This document shows, piece after piece, positions 36,489 to 36,511 of a stretch of 36,511 nucleotides of DNA. The position numbers were made by a program, and so were the translations under genes. How positions within the stretch are numbered: position 1 is the stretch's first letter; each line of letters starts with the position of its first letter. The notes under the pieces were generated by a model. It searched no databases. It had not been told where the DNA came from and was given only the letters and a program-made list of their open reading frames with translations. Source of the DNA: a virus; IMG/VR virus record IMGVR_UViG_3300045988_094451, positions 1-36,511 of that record. The stretch is one strand, 5' to 3'.

Positions 36489-36511
36489 CTGCGCGAGCGT
36501 CAGCTTGTCCG
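36457..36511. repeat. Terminal direct repeat copy 2 (identical to 1..55)
   Basis: Base-by-base comparison of the window ends. Confidence 0.95.

Overview
This window is a complete temperate phage genome. Nt 1-55 are identical to nt 36457-36511, so the unique sequence is a 36,456-bp circle. The junction falls inside the 5' end of a tail-fibre gene. The genome is high-GC by eye. It has strong GGAGG-type ribosome-binding sites and many coupled gene junctions (ATGA, TAATG), a style typical of gut Clostridia phages; the host assignment is inference only.

Layout:
1. One minus-strand late block of about 21 kb runs 10109->129 and continues across the junction 36488->25722. It encodes small virion proteins, a scaffold, a major capsid protein with a C-terminal Ig-like domain, the large terminase, a T7 gp12-like nozzle and a P22-like portal. 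These are followed by two tail fibres, a small membrane protein, a holin, an endolysin and two very large putative ejection proteins (676 and 1783 aa). There is no tape measure, tube or sheath, so the virion is podovirus-like. No small terminase was recognised.
2. A phage tRNA-Asn(GTT) lies just upstream of the late genes. It is preceded by about 820 nt of gene-free, strongly purine/pyrimidine-skewed sequence.
3. A monocistronic RHH gene is divergent from a six-gene accessory operon led by a J-domain protein.
4. The lysogeny region holds an AT-rich attP-like segment with arm-type repeats, a tyrosine integrase and a membrane-anchored XRE protein. It also holds a cI-like/Cro-like switch with consensus divergent promoters and three palindromic operators, a lipoprotein, and two tandem small paralogues.
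5. A plus-strand early/middle block encodes Lar-like proteins, a PD-(D/E)XK nuclease, an annealase, SSB, a G39P-like loader and RusA. It also encodes a truncated C5-methyltransferase, a PucR-like HTH and a sigma-region-4-like HTH.
6. A three-gene plus-strand unit is insulated by terminators on both sides.

I found no CRISPR array, transposase, reverse transcriptase or recognisable named defence system. The most unusual signals are:
- the tRNA-linked non-coding region;
- a composite element of about 46-56 bp present at 10.9 kb and 20.6 kb;
- a 19-bp inverted repeat placing the same leader upstream of int and of the early operon;
- an FGE/C-type-lectin-like receptor-binding protein with a DGR-variable-region-like tail but no DGR;
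- the giant 1783-aa virion protein.

All family assignments come from motif recognition by eye and need HMM or structure searches.
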